Shown one piece after another: positions 1-11,578 of a stretch of DNA of 64,000 nucleotides. The notes under the pieces were generated by a model that saw nothing but the letters and a program-made list of their open reading frames with translations, was not told where the DNA came from and made no database searches. Source of the DNA: an uncultured Alphaproteobacteria bacterium (GTDB lineage: Bacteria > Pseudomonadota > Alphaproteobacteria > HIMB59 > GCA-002718135); assembly GCA_902576125.1 (NCBI GenBank), contig CACGUF010000005.1, forward strand, positions 18,657-82,656, read 5' to 3'. Positions within the stretch are counted from its first letter, which is position 1, and the number at the start of each line of letters is the position of its first letter. The translations under genes and the position numbers were made by a program.

Positions 1-447
<447 letters not shown>

Positions 448-483
448 CTAGCGAAAGCAAAGAAAAATTAGACGCACTTACCC

Positions 484-894
484 CTAGGAAATATCAAAAT
501 TTATAGGTTTCCATTTAGCTGGTGCTAACTCAAAATCTTTGTAATCAAAACCTGGAGCAACAGTGCACCCTATTAGACTGTATTGCCCATTTGACTTCAT
601 GGCAAACCAGTTATAAGCCTTAACTGTATAATGAAAATTATCATCTTCTCCTAAAGTTACCGAATTATAATCTATACCATCTTTTGAAATATAAATTGTT
701 AAAGGGTCCCCTTTATAAAAATGTAATGTTTCATTTTTCGTTAAACGGTGCCAATGAGACCATTCATTTTTTTTAAGCAAATAATAAATTAAACTAATAT
801 TATTATTGTTGTCACGAAATGATTCTGAAAAATGACCTCCCTCTGGGTGGGCTATCAAATTTAATTTTTTAATTAAATCTTTAGGAGCAGTCAT
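484..894 (-). CDS. cupin, DUF985 (Cupin_5) family
   Basis: HPEGGHF, IYYLL, SHWHRL, GCTVAPGFDYKDFEL motifs. Confidence 0.85.
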   Translation of the reverse strand: MTAPKDLIKKLNLIAHPEGGHFSESFRDNNNNISLIYYLLKKNEWSHWHRLTKNETLHFYKGDPLTIYISKDGIDYNSVTLGEDDNFHYTVKAYNWFAMKSNGQYSLIGCTVAPGFDYKDFELAPAKWKPINFDIS

Positions 895-900
895 GAAAAC

Positions 901-1491
901 TTAAATTAAGTGACCAAGCTTTTTTATTTTTGTTGATATATATTTTTCGTTATACTTATTTGTATTTGATGAAAGCGGTACACGCTGATTAATTTTAACA
1001 CCCATTGCTTCAAGTGCTTTTAATTTTTTTGGATTATTAGTCATAAGGTCAACTTCTTTTATTCCAAGAAAATTAACCATACCTGATACTATTTCATAAC
1101 CTCTTTCATCTTCTTTAAAGCCTAAATGATGGTTTGCTTCTACAGTATCTAAACCTTTATCCTGAAGGTTGTAAGCTCTAATTTTATTTGATAGACCTAT
1201 ACCTCTTCCTTCTTGTTGAAGATAAAAAACAACTCCACGGCCTTTTGCTGCAATTTGATTTAGTGACTCAGTTAATTGAAACCGACAATCACATCTCATA
1301 CTAAAGAAAGACTCACCAGTTATACATTGTGAATGAATCCTGCACAAAACAGGTTCATTGGTTAACAAGTCACCCATACCTATGGCTAAATGATCTTTGG
1401 AGTCTTTTTCATCTGTAAACGCATGAACAGTAAACTCCCCTACGTCAGTTGGTAGTTTGCTTGTTTCAATAAATTTCAATGTAGATGTCAT
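901..1491 (-). CDS. ribA: GTP cyclohydrolase II
   Basis: RIHSQCITGE..S.RCDC, QEGRGIGL, LMTNNPKK, K..KLGH; stand-alone (not RibB-fused). Confidence 0.96.
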   Translation of the reverse strand: MTSTLKFIETSKLPTDVGEFTVHAFTDEKDSKDHLAIGMGDLLTNEPVLCRIHSQCITGESFFSMRCDCRFQLTESLNQIAAKGRGVVFYLQQEGRGIGLSNKIRAYNLQDKGLDTVEANHHLGFKEDERGYEIVSGMVNFLGIKEVDLMTNNPKKLKALEAMGVKINQRVPLSSNTNKYNEKYISTKIKKLGHLI

Positions 1492-1536
1492 AAATAGAGT
1501 ATTGCTTTATCTCTTTAAATTTAATTGTAAATAATA

Positions 1537-2010
1537 TTATACTTTTGTTGGATTAGGGGCGTCACCATATACCTTTTTTGGATCAAAAACCTTTTCTTTT
1601 TCTTCAAATTTTAAAATTGTAGTAGAGCTATTTTCTCCAAAAGGAATACTTCTATAAAAGCAAGATCTATAACCTACATGACAACTTGCTCCACCCTGAA
1701 CGTCAACTCTCAACCACACACAATCCTGATCGTCATCAATTCTTATTTCTTTAATTGTTTGTACAAGCCCGCTAGTCTTACCTTTGTGCCATAATGTTTG
1801 TCTGCTCCGTGAATAATAAACTGCCTCCCCTAAAATTATTGTTTTTTTTAGCGCTTGTTTATTCATGTAACCCTGCATTAATACTTCGCCAGAATTAAAG
1901 TCAGTAGTTACAACAGGTATTAAACCGTCCTGATCAAATTTAGGGGCTAATTCAGTTGATTCTTCTATCTGTTCAACTGTTTTTCTTTTTTCAAACTTTA
2001 CTTCATTCAT
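1537..2010 (-). CDS. hisI: phosphoribosyl-AMP cyclohydrolase
   Basis: [33 protein letters not shown]; start moved to Met11 of the ORF (2010), overlapping the hemB stop. Confidence 0.93.
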   Translation of the reverse strand: MNEVKFEKRKTVEQIEESTELAPKFDQDGLIPVVTTDFNSGEVLMQGYMNKQALKKTIILGEAVYYSRSRQTLWHKGKTSGLVQTIKEIRIDDDQDCVWLRVDVQGGASCHVGYRSCFYRSIPFGENSSTTILKFEEKEKVFDPKKVYGDAPNPTKV

Positions 2011-3007
2011 TTCGTAATTCCTCTGCAATTTCTTTTGCAAAATATGTTAAAATACCATCTGCACCAGCTCTTTTGAATGACAAAAGAGATTCTTTAATAA
2101 CTTTTGACTCTAGCCAGCCATTTATAACAGCGCCTTTTATCATAGAATATTCTCCTGATACCTGATAAGCAAATGTAGGAACTTTAAACTCTGATTTAAC
2201 ACGCTGAATTATGTCAAGGTAAGGCATGCCTGGTTTAACCATAACTATATCTGCACCTTCATTTATATCCATCGCAACCTCTCTTAAAGCTTCATTACTA
2301 TTTGCAACATCCATTTGATAGGAAGATTTGCTTCCTCCTTTTAAATTTCCAGAAGAGCTAATGGCATCTCTAAATGGGCCATAAAATTTTGATGCATATT
2401 TTGCTGCATACGAAAGAATCAAAGTATTTTCAAATTTATTTTGATCCAAAATATTTCTTATTCTTCCAATTCTTCCATCCATCATATCAGACGGAGCAAT
2501 AATATCACAGCCTGCAGCTGCTTGAACAAGTGCTTGCTTTTCTAATATATCTAGTGTTGCATCGTTATTAACAATGTCATCAATAATAATACCATCATGC
2601 CCATGGTTTGTGTATGGATCAAGCGCAACATCACAAATAATTCCAATATCAGGAAAATTTTGTTTTATAAATTTTATAGTTCTGCATATTAAATTATTTT
2701 CATCAATTGCTTGAGATCCATTTTCATCTTTTAATGAATTATCAATTTGAGGAAATAATGCAATTGCAGGTATTTTTAATTTAACAACAGCTTCCAGTTC
2801 TTTTAAGATATTATCTATTGAATATCTAAAAACACTTGGCATAGATTTTATTTCATCAGCAATGTTATCCCCCTCACACACAAATATTGGCCATATTAAA
2901 TCATTTACTGATAGATTATTTTCACTAATCATTCTTCTTGAAAAATCTTTCATACGAAGTCTTCTTAGTCGTGTTGATGGAAACTGTCCTACTTTTATAT
3001 TTGTCAT
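2003..3007 (-). CDS. hemB: porphobilinogen synthase (delta-aminolevulinate dehydratase)
   Basis: [43 protein letters not shown]. Confidence 0.97.
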   Translation of the reverse strand: MTNIKVGQFPSTRLRRLRMKDFSRRMISENNLSVNDLIWPIFVCEGDNIADEIKSMPSVFRYSIDNILKELEAVVKLKIPAIALFPQIDNSLKDENGSQAIDENNLICRTIKFIKQNFPDIGIICDVALDPYTNHGHDGIIIDDIVNNDATLDILEKQALVQAAAGCDIIAPSDMMDGRIGRIRNILDQNKFENTLILSYAAKYASKFYGPFRDAISSSGNLKGGSKSSYQMDVANSNEALREVAMDINEGADIVMVKPGMPYLDIIQRVKSEFKVPTFAYQVSGEYSMIKGAVINGWLESKVIKESLLSFKRAGADGILTYFAKEIAEELRNE

Positions 3008-3008
3008 A

Positions 3009-4934
3009 TTAATTTATTGGAGAAAGAGATTCTTTTTGAAGGCTCTCTATTAATTCATCAAGCTTAATAGTTGATGTATTTTGACTGCCTAGTCTTCGAA
3101 CAGAAACAGTTTTATCATCGGCTTCTTTTTTTCCAACAGCAAGAATCACAGGCACTTTTGCATTACTGTGTTCACGAATTTTATAACCTATTTTTTCATT
3201 TCGTACATCTGCATCTGCTATTAATCCATTTTTAGTTAATTGATCCTTAACTTCATAAGCATAGTTATCAGACTCAGATGTTATTGTAGCAACTACAATT
3301 TGTAAGGGTGATAACCACAGCGGTAAATGTCCAGCATAGTGTTCAATTAAAATGCCAGTAAATCTCTCTAAAGAGCCAAAAAGAGCTCTATGTAACATCA
3401 CAGGCACTTTTTTCTGACCATCTTCACCCACATAGGTTGCGCCCAGTCTGTCCGGTAAATTCAAATCAACTTGAAGAGTTCCACACTGCCAGTCTCTTCC
3501 AATGGCATCACGAAGAACAAACTCTAGTTTAGGGCCATAAAAAGCACCTTCGCCTGGGTTGAGAGTATACTCAAGTCCAGTTGCTTCCATAGCCTGCATT
3601 AATGCTGCCTCAGCCTTATCCCAAACAGCGTCATCTCCTACCCGTTTTTCAGGTCTGTCAGAAAATTTAATTCTAACATTATCAAAGCCAAAATCTTTAT
3701 AGATACTAAGTATTAAGTCACATACGGTTTTACTTTCTTGAGTTATTTGATCTTCTGTACAAAATATATGTGCATCATCTTGTGTAAATGCTCTCACTCT
3801 CATTAAGCCATGCAGAGCACCAGAAGGTTCATATCGGTGTACTTTACCAAACTCAGATAAGAGAAAAGGAAGGTCACGATAACTTTTTAAACCTTGTTTA
3901 AAAATCTCTACAGCACCAGGACAGTTCATTGGTTTTATAGCGTATATTTTTTCATCTTTTGCTTCAGTTCTAAACATCATCTCACTAAACTTATCCCAAT
4001 GACCTGAGGCCTCCCAAAGAGATTTATCCATCATGTCAGGCGTGTTTGTTTCTACATAACCAGCTTTATCTTGTCTTTTTCGCATATAATTTATTAATGA
4101 TTGAAATAACCGCCATCCCTTAGGGTGCCAAAAAACTGCGCCAGGAGCCTCTTCCTGAAAATGAAATAAATCCATTTCTTTTCCAAGTTTGCGGTGATCT
4201 CTTTTTTCAGCTTCCTCAATCTGAAGTAAATGATTTTCTAATTCTTTTTCATTTCTCCAAGCCGTTCCATAAATGCGTGTTAGCATTGTATTATTTGAGT
4301 CACCTCTCCAATATGCTCCAGCAACTTTCATTAACTTAAAGCCTTTACCAATTTGTTTAGTGCTCAACATATGAGGACCACGACAAAGATCTAACCACTC
4401 TCCTTGTTTATAAATAGTTATTTCTTCATCGCCATTTAAATCTTCAATCAGCTCAACTTTATAGTCTTCACCTTTATTTTTAAAAAATTTTATAGCTTTA
4501 TCTTTTGACCAGACTTCTCTTGTAAATTTTTCATCCTTATAAATGATCTCATTCATTTTCTTTTCTATTTTTGGTAAGTCTGCAATTGTAAAAGGTTCAT
4601 TCCGAGCAAAGTCGTAATAAAAGCCATTTTCAATTGAAGGGCCAATTGTAACTTGTGTGTCTGGATATAAAGATTGCACAGCCTCTGCCATTACATGTGC
4701 ACAGTCATGTCTTATTATATCAAGAGCTTCATCATTTTCTCTTTTAATAATAACAACTTTGCAGTCATTATTAAGTGGAAGAGATAGATCGCAAATCTTT
4801 CCATCAATTTTTATAGCAACTGACTCTTTAGAAAGTGATTTAGAAATTTGACTTGCTAGTTCAAACCCTGAAATTCCTTTTTCTACTGATTTAGTCTTTC
4901 CATCAGGAAAGGTAATTATAATGTTGTTACTCAT
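3009..4934 (-). CDS. thrS: threonyl-tRNA synthetase
   Basis: N-terminal TGS domain, [36 protein letters not shown]. Confidence 0.98.
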   Translation of the reverse strand: MSNNIIITFPDGKTKSVEKGISGFELASQISKSLSKESVAIKIDGKICDLSLPLNNDCKVVIIKRENDEALDIIRHDCAHVMAEAVQSLYPDTQVTIGPSIENGFYYDFARNEPFTIADLPKIEKKMNEIIYKDEKFTREVWSKDKAIKFFKNKGEDYKVELIEDLNGDEEITIYKQGEWLDLCRGPHMLSTKQIGKGFKLMKVAGAYWRGDSNNTMLTRIYGTAWRNEKELENHLLQIEEAEKRDHRKLGKEMDLFHFQEEAPGAVFWHPKGWRLFQSLINYMRKRQDKAGYVETNTPDMMDKSLWEASGHWDKFSEMMFRTEAKDEKIYAIKPMNCPGAVEIFKQGLKSYRDLPFLLSEFGKVHRYEPSGALHGLMRVRAFTQDDAHIFCTEDQITQESKTVCDLILSIYKDFGFDNVRIKFSDRPEKRVGDDAVWDKAEAALMQAMEATGLEYTLNPGEGAFYGPKLEFVLRDAIGRDWQCGTLQVDLNLPDRLGATYVGEDGQKKVPVMLHRALFGSLERFTGILIEHYAGHLPLWLSPLQIVVATITSESDNYAYEVKDQLTKNGLIADADVRNEKIGYKIREHSNAKVPVILAVGKKEADDKTVSVRRLGSQNTSTIKLDELIESLQKESLSPIN

Positions 4935-6313
4935 GAGTCTTTACGCCAAATAGTCCCATTTTTTGTGTCCTCAATTTCTACACCCTTAGATTTAAGTTTA
5001 CCCCTTATTTGATCGGCTAATTTAAAATCTTTACTGCGTCTAGCTTCATTGCGCTGATTTATCAACCCTTCTATCTCCTCTTTTTCAGGATTTGCTGATT
5101 GATTATAGCCTAGCCACATGTTGGGATCTTCTTGCAATACACCAAGAATTTTTCCTACAGCTATTAAATTATTTTTAATATTCCTTTTTTCATCACTATT
5201 AGCTGATGATAATGTGTTAGATAATGTGTTAAGTTTAGCTAAAACTTTGGGTGTGTTAAGATCATCCAACAAACTTTCCATGATATCTTCCGATACACTC
5301 TCTGAAGAAATTTCTATATCTTGCAGATCTTTTAAAGAGCGATAAAAACGATCAAGCATTTTGCTGTTTTGATCTATAATTTCTTTTGTCCAGTTCAAGG
5401 GCTGTCTATAATGAGCAGACAAAAGAGTTAATCTTAATACCTCTCCCTTGTATTGTTTTATAAGGTCGTGTACTAATTTTATATTTCCAATAGATTTAGA
5501 CATTTTTTCACCCTCAACATTTACAAAACCATTATGAAACCAAAACTTTGCAAAACTCTCTGGCTCATGATTATCATCTAAAGAGCAGGTTTGAGCTATT
5601 TCATTTTCATGGTGTGGAAAAACTAAATCCATCCCTCCACTATGAATATCAAAAGGTAATCCTAGCGTCTTTTCAGACATTGCAGAACACTCAAGATGCC
5701 AACCCGGACGACCAAAACCCCAAGGCGAGTCCCAACCCGGTAAAGGGTCTGGCGATGGCTTCCACAAAATAAAATCAGCAGGATCTTTTTTGAAAGGCGC
5801 TACCTCTACTCTACTTCCTGCAATTTGTTCGTCACGATTTCTTTTTGATAAAACCCCATACTTTGAAAAGCTCGGCACATGAAAAAGAACATGTCCATCT
5901 TTTTCGTAAGCATAATTATTTTCAATTAGTTTTTTTATTAGCTCTATCATTTCACTGATGTGGTCAGTAGCGTGAGGCTGTATATCTGGAAGCTTAACAT
6001 TTAAATAACCCATATCTTCGTTATAAATTTTGGTATATTTTGTTGTTAAGTTTTTTATTGGCTCGTTTAGTTCATGGGCAGCATCTATAATTTTATCATC
6101 AATATCTGTTATATTCGATACATAGGTAACTTTATTGAACTGTGTTTTTAAAACATTAACTAAGAGATCATTCACAACGGCCATTCTTGCATTTCCAATA
6201 TGTGCAAAATTATAAACTGTTGGACCACATGCATAAATTCGAACGTTATCTCTATCAACAGGTTTAAAAGTTTCTTTTTTTCCAGATAAAGTGTTGTGAA
6301 TTTTAAAGATCAT
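4931..6313 (-). CDS. cysS: cysteinyl-tRNA synthetase
   Basis: [34 protein letters not shown]. Confidence 0.98.
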   Translation of the reverse strand: MIFKIHNTLSGKKETFKPVDRDNVRIYACGPTVYNFAHIGNARMAVVNDLLVNVLKTQFNKVTYVSNITDIDDKIIDAAHELNEPIKNLTTKYTKIYNEDMGYLNVKLPDIQPHATDHISEMIELIKKLIENNYAYEKDGHVLFHVPSFSKYGVLSKRNRDEQIAGSRVEVAPFKKDPADFILWKPSPDPLPGWDSPWGFGRPGWHLECSAMSEKTLGLPFDIHSGGMDLVFPHHENEIAQTCSLDDNHEPESFAKFWFHNGFVNVEGEKMSKSIGNIKLVHDLIKQYKGEVLRLTLLSAHYRQPLNWTKEIIDQNSKMLDRFYRSLKDLQDIEISSESVSEDIMESLLDDLNTPKVLAKLNTLSNTLSSANSDEKRNIKNNLIAVGKILGVLQEDPNMWLGYNQSANPEKEEIEGLINQRNEARRSKDFKLADQIRGKLKSKGVEIEDTKNGTIWRKDS

Positions 6314-6330
6314 AAATTTTTTTATTGTTG

Positions 6331-6753
6331 TTAATATTTTAACTCAATCTCTACAGGTACACCGTGTTCTAATATGATTGCTGCTTTCTTAAATTTTGGC
6401 GGTCCTTTTGGAGAATAGTTATTGCTGAAAGCAAAACCTTCTTTTGGCCTCCAAAACATACCTGTCTTTAATTCGCCATTACCATCTTCATCATGATAAA
6501 CAACAATTGCTATTTCACCTTCATGGATTTTAGATAACGGAACTTCAACTTTCCCTTTTTTAACTTTTTTTCTAACTATCTCAACTGCCTCATCCTCTTT
6601 TAAAAAACTATCTTTTGAGTCATAAATTTTAACATCTATATAGCCATCATCATGCTCTACATTTGTTATAATAACAGTCCCATGCGATAAAACTACGCTG
6701 GAGAAAAATAATACAAGCAAAAAAACAATTTTTCGAATAAAAGTATTTTTCAT
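6331..6753 (-). CDS. secreted DUF2141-family protein
   Basis: Signal peptide; YHDEDGNGEL...PKEGFAFSNN...GPPKF. Confidence 0.8.
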   Translation of the reverse strand: MKNTFIRKIVFLLVLFFSSVVLSHGTVIITNVEHDDGYIDVKIYDSKDSFLKEDEAVEIVRKKVKKGKVEVPLSKIHEGEIAIVVYHDEDGNGELKTGMFWRPKEGFAFSNNYSPKGPPKFKKAAIILEHGVPVEIELKY

Positions 6754-6781
6754 ATTTTTTACCTAATTATAATAGATTTCT

Positions 6782-7993
6782 GTGCTGAACAATAAAGAAT
6801 ACCTCAATAAGATTTTTCAATCCAATAAACCACTAATAATTTATAAAACTATTGGTGGATTTGATGTTTATACAGATTTCAAAGAAAGAATTGTCCTTAA
6901 CTCAAAGAATTTTAAAAGTTTTTTGAACATCAAATGTAATAAATTAAATTCAAAAATCAGAGAACTTAACTGCTACGTTGGCTTTTTTGGTTATGAGCTT
7001 TTATGTGAGAATATTAATATTAAGCTACCAAAACAAGAAACTTTGAATTTTTATCCCGGTTTAGTTTACAAACCTCAGACCATAATAAAAATAAGAAAAA
7101 ATATAACTATTAAAAGTTTATTAAAAGATTTTAGAAAAAAAATACCCTCACAAAAAAATTATAACTATTTCTATGAAAAAAAATTTAATTTAAATTTAAA
7201 TGAGGTACAGTATTCAAATCTCTTTAAGTATTTCTCTAAAAAAATTAAAATGGGAGAAACTTATCAAATTAAGATATGTCAAACCTATTCAAATAAATCA
7301 AATATTGATTCTGTTAATTTTTTTTGGAAACTGATGAGTATTAATGAGTCACCGGAGAGTTTTCTCATACGTGACAAAGATTATAGTATTATAAGTTGTT
7401 CCCCAGAGATGCTTATTAAAAAAAAGAAAAATACAATTATTACAAAACCTATTGCAGGAACTCTAAATCGTACTAAGAAAATGACAACTAAATATGCAAG
7501 AAGTTATTTTAAAAAAAATGAAAAAGAAAGCAAAGAACATAATATGATTGTGGATATGGAAAGAAATGATTTATCTCGCATATGTAGATCTGGTAGTGTC
7601 AAAATTTCAAAATTAAAGAGTGTAGAAAAATATAGAGATCTTTATCATTATGTAACGGAGATAAAAGGCTTACTTAAAGACAAGACTACTAATCATGATA
7701 TAATTTCAGCAATGATGCCTGGTGGCTCAGTAATCGGTTGTCCAAAAATTAATACGCTAAAACTTTTAAATAGTCGGGAAAGATTAAATCGAAATATTTA
7801 TACTGGTAGTTTTGGCTATATAAATGCAAATGGAGATATGCACTTTAGTATTATTATTCGTTCTATTTTGAATTTCAAAAAACGCTCAGAAATTTCTGCT
7901 GCAAGCGGTGTGGTAATTGATAGTAAACCAAAAAAAGAATACAAAGAAAATTATATCAAAGCAAAGTCACTTTTAGATTTATTTAAATTATGA
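6782..7993 (+). CDS. pabB: aminodeoxychorismate synthase component I (chorismate-binding enzyme)
   Basis: SPE, PIAGT, EHNMIVDMERNDL, PGGSVIGCPK, YTGSFG; in an operon with folP/folB/folK. Confidence 0.85.
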   Translation: MLNNKEYLNKIFQSNKPLIIYKTIGGFDVYTDFKERIVLNSKNFKSFLNIKCNKLNSKIRELNCYVGFFGYELLCENINIKLPKQETLNFYPGLVYKPQTIIKIRKNITIKSLLKDFRKKIPSQKNYNYFYEKKFNLNLNEVQYSNLFKYFSKKIKMGETYQIKICQTYSNKSNIDSVNFFWKLMSINESPESFLIRDKDYSIISCSPEMLIKKKKNTIITKPIAGTLNRTKKMTTKYARSYFKKNEKESKEHNMIVDMERNDLSRICRSGSVKISKLKSVEKYRDLYHYVTEIKGLLKDKTTNHDIISAMMPGGSVIGCPKINTLKLLNSRERLNRNIYTGSFGYINANGDMHFSIIIRSILNFKKRSEISAASGVVIDSKPKKEYKENYIKAKSLLDLFKL

Positions 7994-8547
7994 TTTACGT
8001 AATTGATCACGAAGACTCTTTCACTTATAACTTGGTGCATCTTTTTGAAAATTTTGGACAAACTTATGTTTCAAACTACTTTAATATTGATAAAAAAAAA
8101 TTGGACGCATGTAAGATTATTGTTTTTTCTCCTGGGCCGGGTGAACCATCTCACTATCCAGAAACACAGAAAATTTATTATCAATACAGGGGTTTAAAAA
8201 AAATAATTGGTATTTGCTTAGGATATCAACAGATTTTGTATGCTGAAAAAGGGCAGATAATTCCCCAAAAAAAAATATATCACGGATACCAATCAAGAAT
8301 AAAAGTCTTAAGAGAAAGTTTGATATTTAAGCCTAATAAAATCTTAATAGGAGGCCGTTACCATTCTTTAAAGCTAAAAGAGCCTTTTTCTAGTAAAACT
8401 CTTAAAATAACAATGAGATGTGTTGAAACTAATGTTGCTATGGCGATAGAAGATACTATTAATAGTGTTTATGGATTTCAATTTCACCCTGACTCTTTTT
8501 TGACAGTTGATGGCAAATTTCTTATTCAAAAAATCTTACAAGCTTAG
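7990..8547 (+). CDS. pabA: aminodeoxychorismate synthase glutamine amidotransferase subunit
   Basis: DSFTYNL, SPGPG, GICLG, RYHSL, GFQFHPDS (HPD instead of the usual HPE). Confidence 0.87.
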   Translation: MIYVIDHEDSFTYNLVHLFENFGQTYVSNYFNIDKKKLDACKIIVFSPGPGEPSHYPETQKIYYQYRGLKKIIGICLGYQQILYAEKGQIIPQKKIYHGYQSRIKVLRESLIFKPNKILIGGRYHSLKLKEPFSSKTLKITMRCVETNVAMAIEDTINSVYGFQFHPDSFLTVDGKFLIQKILQA

Positions 8548-9262
8548 TAATTTTCAGCAAGTCAAATATGATCATTTGTGGGGATCAACAGGTGTCTTCA
8601 CTACTATTCGTGTGTATGGAAATAGGCCTAAATATATTTTAATAAATGAACATATATCTCAACTTAATAAGAGTTTAAAAAAATTGAATATCCCCTTTTC
8701 ATTAACCCAAAACAAATTTTTGGACTTAATGCCAAATAATTTAAGAATAAAAAAATATGACCACTTATTAAGAGTTGCAATTAAAAAAAATATTTTATCA
8801 TTATCGCTACGTTTACGCCTAAAACCAAAAAAGAATTTTCAATGCAAGCTCGTAAATTATCAGAGATCAAACGCATTTATTAAAAATTTACAATATAAAA
8901 AAATATTATCGATGCAAAAAAAAATCGATATGCAAAAAGAAGAAATATTATTTTTCAAAAATCAAAATTTACTTGAGGGCTCAACCACAAATATAATAAT
9001 GATAAAAAGCAATAAAATTATTCTACCCAAAGGCAGTGTCTACAAAGGTATAACTTTACAATTTCTTCTGTCTAAAATAGGCAAAAATTATAGAAGTAAG
9101 TTTATTAAGTTTTCAGACCTAGAAAGAGCAGATGAAATAATATTAGTTGGTTCAGGAAAAGGAGTTATAAAAGTATCATCTATTCCTTCAATAAAATGGT
9201 TTAGCTCTTCTTCAAAAATGTTTAATAAGTTATTTTCTATATACAAAAATAAATTAAAATAA
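8510..9262 (+). CDS. pabC: 4-amino-4-deoxychorismate lyase (PLP class IV)
   Basis: GVFTTIR, EGSTTN, GIT motifs; lies between pabA and folP. Confidence 0.75.
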   Translation: MANFLFKKSYKLSNFQQVKYDHLWGSTGVFTTIRVYGNRPKYILINEHISQLNKSLKKLNIPFSLTQNKFLDLMPNNLRIKKYDHLLRVAIKKNILSLSLRLRLKPKKNFQCKLVNYQRSNAFIKNLQYKKILSMQKKIDMQKEEILFFKNQNLLEGSTTNIIMIKSNKIILPKGSVYKGITLQFLLSKIGKNYRSKFIKFSDLERADEIILVGSGKGVIKVSSIPSIKWFSSSSKMFNKLFSIYKNKLK

Positions 9263-10080
9263 TGAAATTAAATAATTCTGAATTTTCAATCCTTTCACCT
9301 GCGATTATGGGTATATGTAATGTTACCAAAGATTCATTTAGTGATGGTGGAAAAAATTATAAAACATCTAATGCATTAAAATCAATAAACCTAATGCTAA
9401 ATAATGGTGCACAAATAATCGATATTGGTGCGGAGAGCACTAGGCCGGGTAGTGACTCAATTAGTTACAAAGATGAAATTAAAAAACTTTCACCAATTCT
9501 AAAAAAATTACCAAAAGACCAATTTATAATATCCATTGATTCTTCAAAAATTGAAACCCAAGAATTTGCTTTAGAAAATGGAGCTCATATTATTAATGAT
9601 ATATTCGGCGGTTCAGACGATCTTTTTCAGCTTACTAAAAAATACAAGAATGGGTTAGTACTTATGCATACACCCGCTCCACCTAAAATAATGCAATCAA
9701 AGGTAAATTCTTATAAAAATGTAGTAAATGACATCAGAAAAATTTTTAAATCTACGTTAAAAAAAACAGATAAATATAAAATACCTCAATCTAAAATATG
9801 GTTTGATCCTGGAATTGGATTTGGCAAAAATCTTGCACAAAATTTGGAAATTATGCAAAATATTGAAAAGTTTAAAATAAATAATTGTGGCATTTTATTA
9901 GGTTCATCAAGAAAAAGCTGGATTAGTGGAATAGATAAAAGCGATGCTAGCAATCGTCTCGGTGGATCAGTCGCATCTGCCCTTTATTGCTATAAAAAAG
10001 GAGTAAATATGTTTAGAGTCCACGATGTAAAGGAAACTTACCAGGCACTGAAAGTTTATAAAAATTTATGTTTAATGTAG
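9262..10080 (+). CDS. folP: dihydropteroate synthase
   Basis: MGICNVTKDSFSDGG, DIGAESTRPG, DPGIGFGK, SRKS, RVHDV. Confidence 0.96.
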   Translation: MKLNNSEFSILSPAIMGICNVTKDSFSDGGKNYKTSNALKSINLMLNNGAQIIDIGAESTRPGSDSISYKDEIKKLSPILKKLPKDQFIISIDSSKIETQEFALENGAHIINDIFGGSDDLFQLTKKYKNGLVLMHTPAPPKIMQSKVNSYKNVVNDIRKIFKSTLKKTDKYKIPQSKIWFDPGIGFGKNLAQNLEIMQNIEKFKINNCGILLGSSRKSWISGIDKSDASNRLGGSVASALYCYKKGVNMFRVHDVKETYQALKVYKNLCLM

Positions 10081-10412
10081 AAATAAAGAGTCTAAAAGTT
10101 TTTGCCAATATTGGAATTACTGCAGGAGAAAGAAAAAAAAAGCAATTATTAAAGGTTACATTAAACTTTAGTTATACTGTATCTAAAGGGAAAGGTTTAG
10201 AGTCAATGTCAAATCTTAAAGACTATTCTGGTATTACTAAATCATTAAAAGAGTATATTAACAAATCAAAGTACTCTACCTTGGAAAGATTGATCACCTC
10301 TTCCTCTCATATGTTAGAAAAAAAATTTAAATTAAACAAAGTTAAAATTAAGATTAATAAAACAGAAGTTGCAAAACGATACGGCGCAGAGTCAGTAAGT
10401 GTATCCAACTAA
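10068..10412 (+). CDS. folB: dihydroneopterin aldolase
   Basis: IGITAGER..KQ, DY, LERL pattern, ~114 aa, between folP and folK. Confidence 0.82.
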   Translation: MFNVEIKSLKVFANIGITAGERKKKQLLKVTLNFSYTVSKGKGLESMSNLKDYSGITKSLKEYINKSKYSTLERLITSSSHMLEKKFKLNKVKIKINKTEVAKRYGAESVSVSN

Positions 10413-10899
10413 TTATTATATAGCTCTTGGAACTAATGTAGGAAATTATAAAAATAATTTTTCTGCTGCAATTAATGAATTAGATAAAATAGGCAAAATT
10501 TCTAAGATTGCTAATATTTATAAATCAAAACCATACGGTTACTTAAATCAAAACTATTTTTATAACAGTGTGCTTGAACTTAAATCAAAAATGATGCCAA
10601 TACAATTAATGAAAAGCATTCATCTTATTGAAAAAAAATTAAAAAAAAATAAAAGAATAGTTAATGGCCCAAGAAAGATTGACCTAGATATAATTTTTTG
10701 GGGTAAAAAAAAATTTAGAAATCAAAATTTGTATATCCCGCATCCTCGAGCAAAAGAAAGAGATTTTGTGTTACTTCCTCTTATTGATCTAAATCCTTTT
10801 TTTAGAGATCCAGAAACTAAACTATCAATAAAAGATTTATTAAGTAGCTTGAAAGATCATTATGTGATTAAAAAATTAAGCTACAGCAATTTCTTTTAA
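10399..10899 (+). CDS. folK: 6-hydroxymethyl-7,8-dihydropterin pyrophosphokinase
   Basis: YIALGTN, GPRKIDLDI, IPHPRAKERDFVL. Confidence 0.95.
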   Translation: MYPTNYYIALGTNVGNYKNNFSAAINELDKIGKISKIANIYKSKPYGYLNQNYFYNSVLELKSKMMPIQLMKSIHLIEKKLKKNKRIVNGPRKIDLDIIFWGKKKFRNQNLYIPHPRAKERDFVLLPLIDLNPFFRDPETKLSIKDLLSSLKDHYVIKKLSYSNFF

Positions 10900-11526
10900 G
10901 AAATTTTTTAATTTCTTTGAAGAAATTATATTTTTAGTATTTTTAAGACTTCGTGAAACATCTATACCATCAGGTTTTAGTAAATTAATTATTTGTTTTG
11001 CTTTAGCTTGATTAATTCCCCCACCTATAAAAACTGGAATTGATAAGTTTTTAATTGATTTAATTTGCTTAACACACTTATTTAATGAATATGTTTTAAT
11101 GCTCTTTTTTTTGTACACGTTCATATCAAAATAGATAATATTTATTAAATTTTTGATATTTTTAATATATTGCAAATTAAAATTCTCAGGATTAATTGAA
11201 ATTCCAATTTTAAGTCTTTTAAAAGTTTTGCGTAACATTTGTAATTCATACTTACTAAAATGGTAAGAGCATGAAATAGTTTTAGGTTTAGTAAAGTCTA
11301 TTTGTTGAATTAATTTATCTAGTGAAACGTAACGACTAAGTAAAACTGACTCAATTTTGTAATTTTTGCATTCTTTAATTAATGACTGAATCTTTTTATC
11401 TGATGCAGTATTAGGACCATTTAAATTATTGCTTGCAAAACCAAGATATTTTATTTGATTTTTGTGTGCAGTTTTAACTGATAATCTATTAGTTATTCCA
11501 CAAATTTTTAGTGACACTTTATTCAT
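10876..11526 (-). CDS. trpF: divergent phosphoribosylanthranilate isomerase (TrpF)-like protein
   Basis: LKICGITN N-terminus, FIGGGIN and GIDVS motifs; no other trp genes nearby; converges on and overlaps folK. Confidence 0.72.
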   Translation of the reverse strand: MNKVSLKICGITNRLSVKTAHKNQIKYLGFASNNLNGPNTASDKKIQSLIKECKNYKIESVLLSRYVSLDKLIQQIDFTKPKTISCSYHFSKYELQMLRKTFKRLKIGISINPENFNLQYIKNIKNLINIIYFDMNVYKKKSIKTYSLNKCVKQIKSIKNLSIPVFIGGGINQAKAKQIINLLKPDGIDVSRSLKNTKNIISSKKLKNFLKEIAVA

Positions 11527-11578
11527 TAATATAAATATTTTATTATTAAAAAATACATGTAAACTACTTTGTTGTTCT

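Noticed and set aside
1956-5772. Short + strand ORFs (1956, 2862, 4657, 5118, 5548)
   Set aside because: Antisense shadows of hisI, hemB, thrS and cysS with no recognisable motifs
6782-8547. Reading pabB/pabA plus the trpF-like gene as a trp operon (trpE/trpG/trpF)
   Set aside because: The genes are coupled to pabC-folP-folB-folK and no trpD/C/B/A are present
11462-11578. N-terminal extension of the DUF1800 ORF
   Set aside because: Overlaps the divergent trpF-like gene head-to-head; ATG 11579 is the more plausible start
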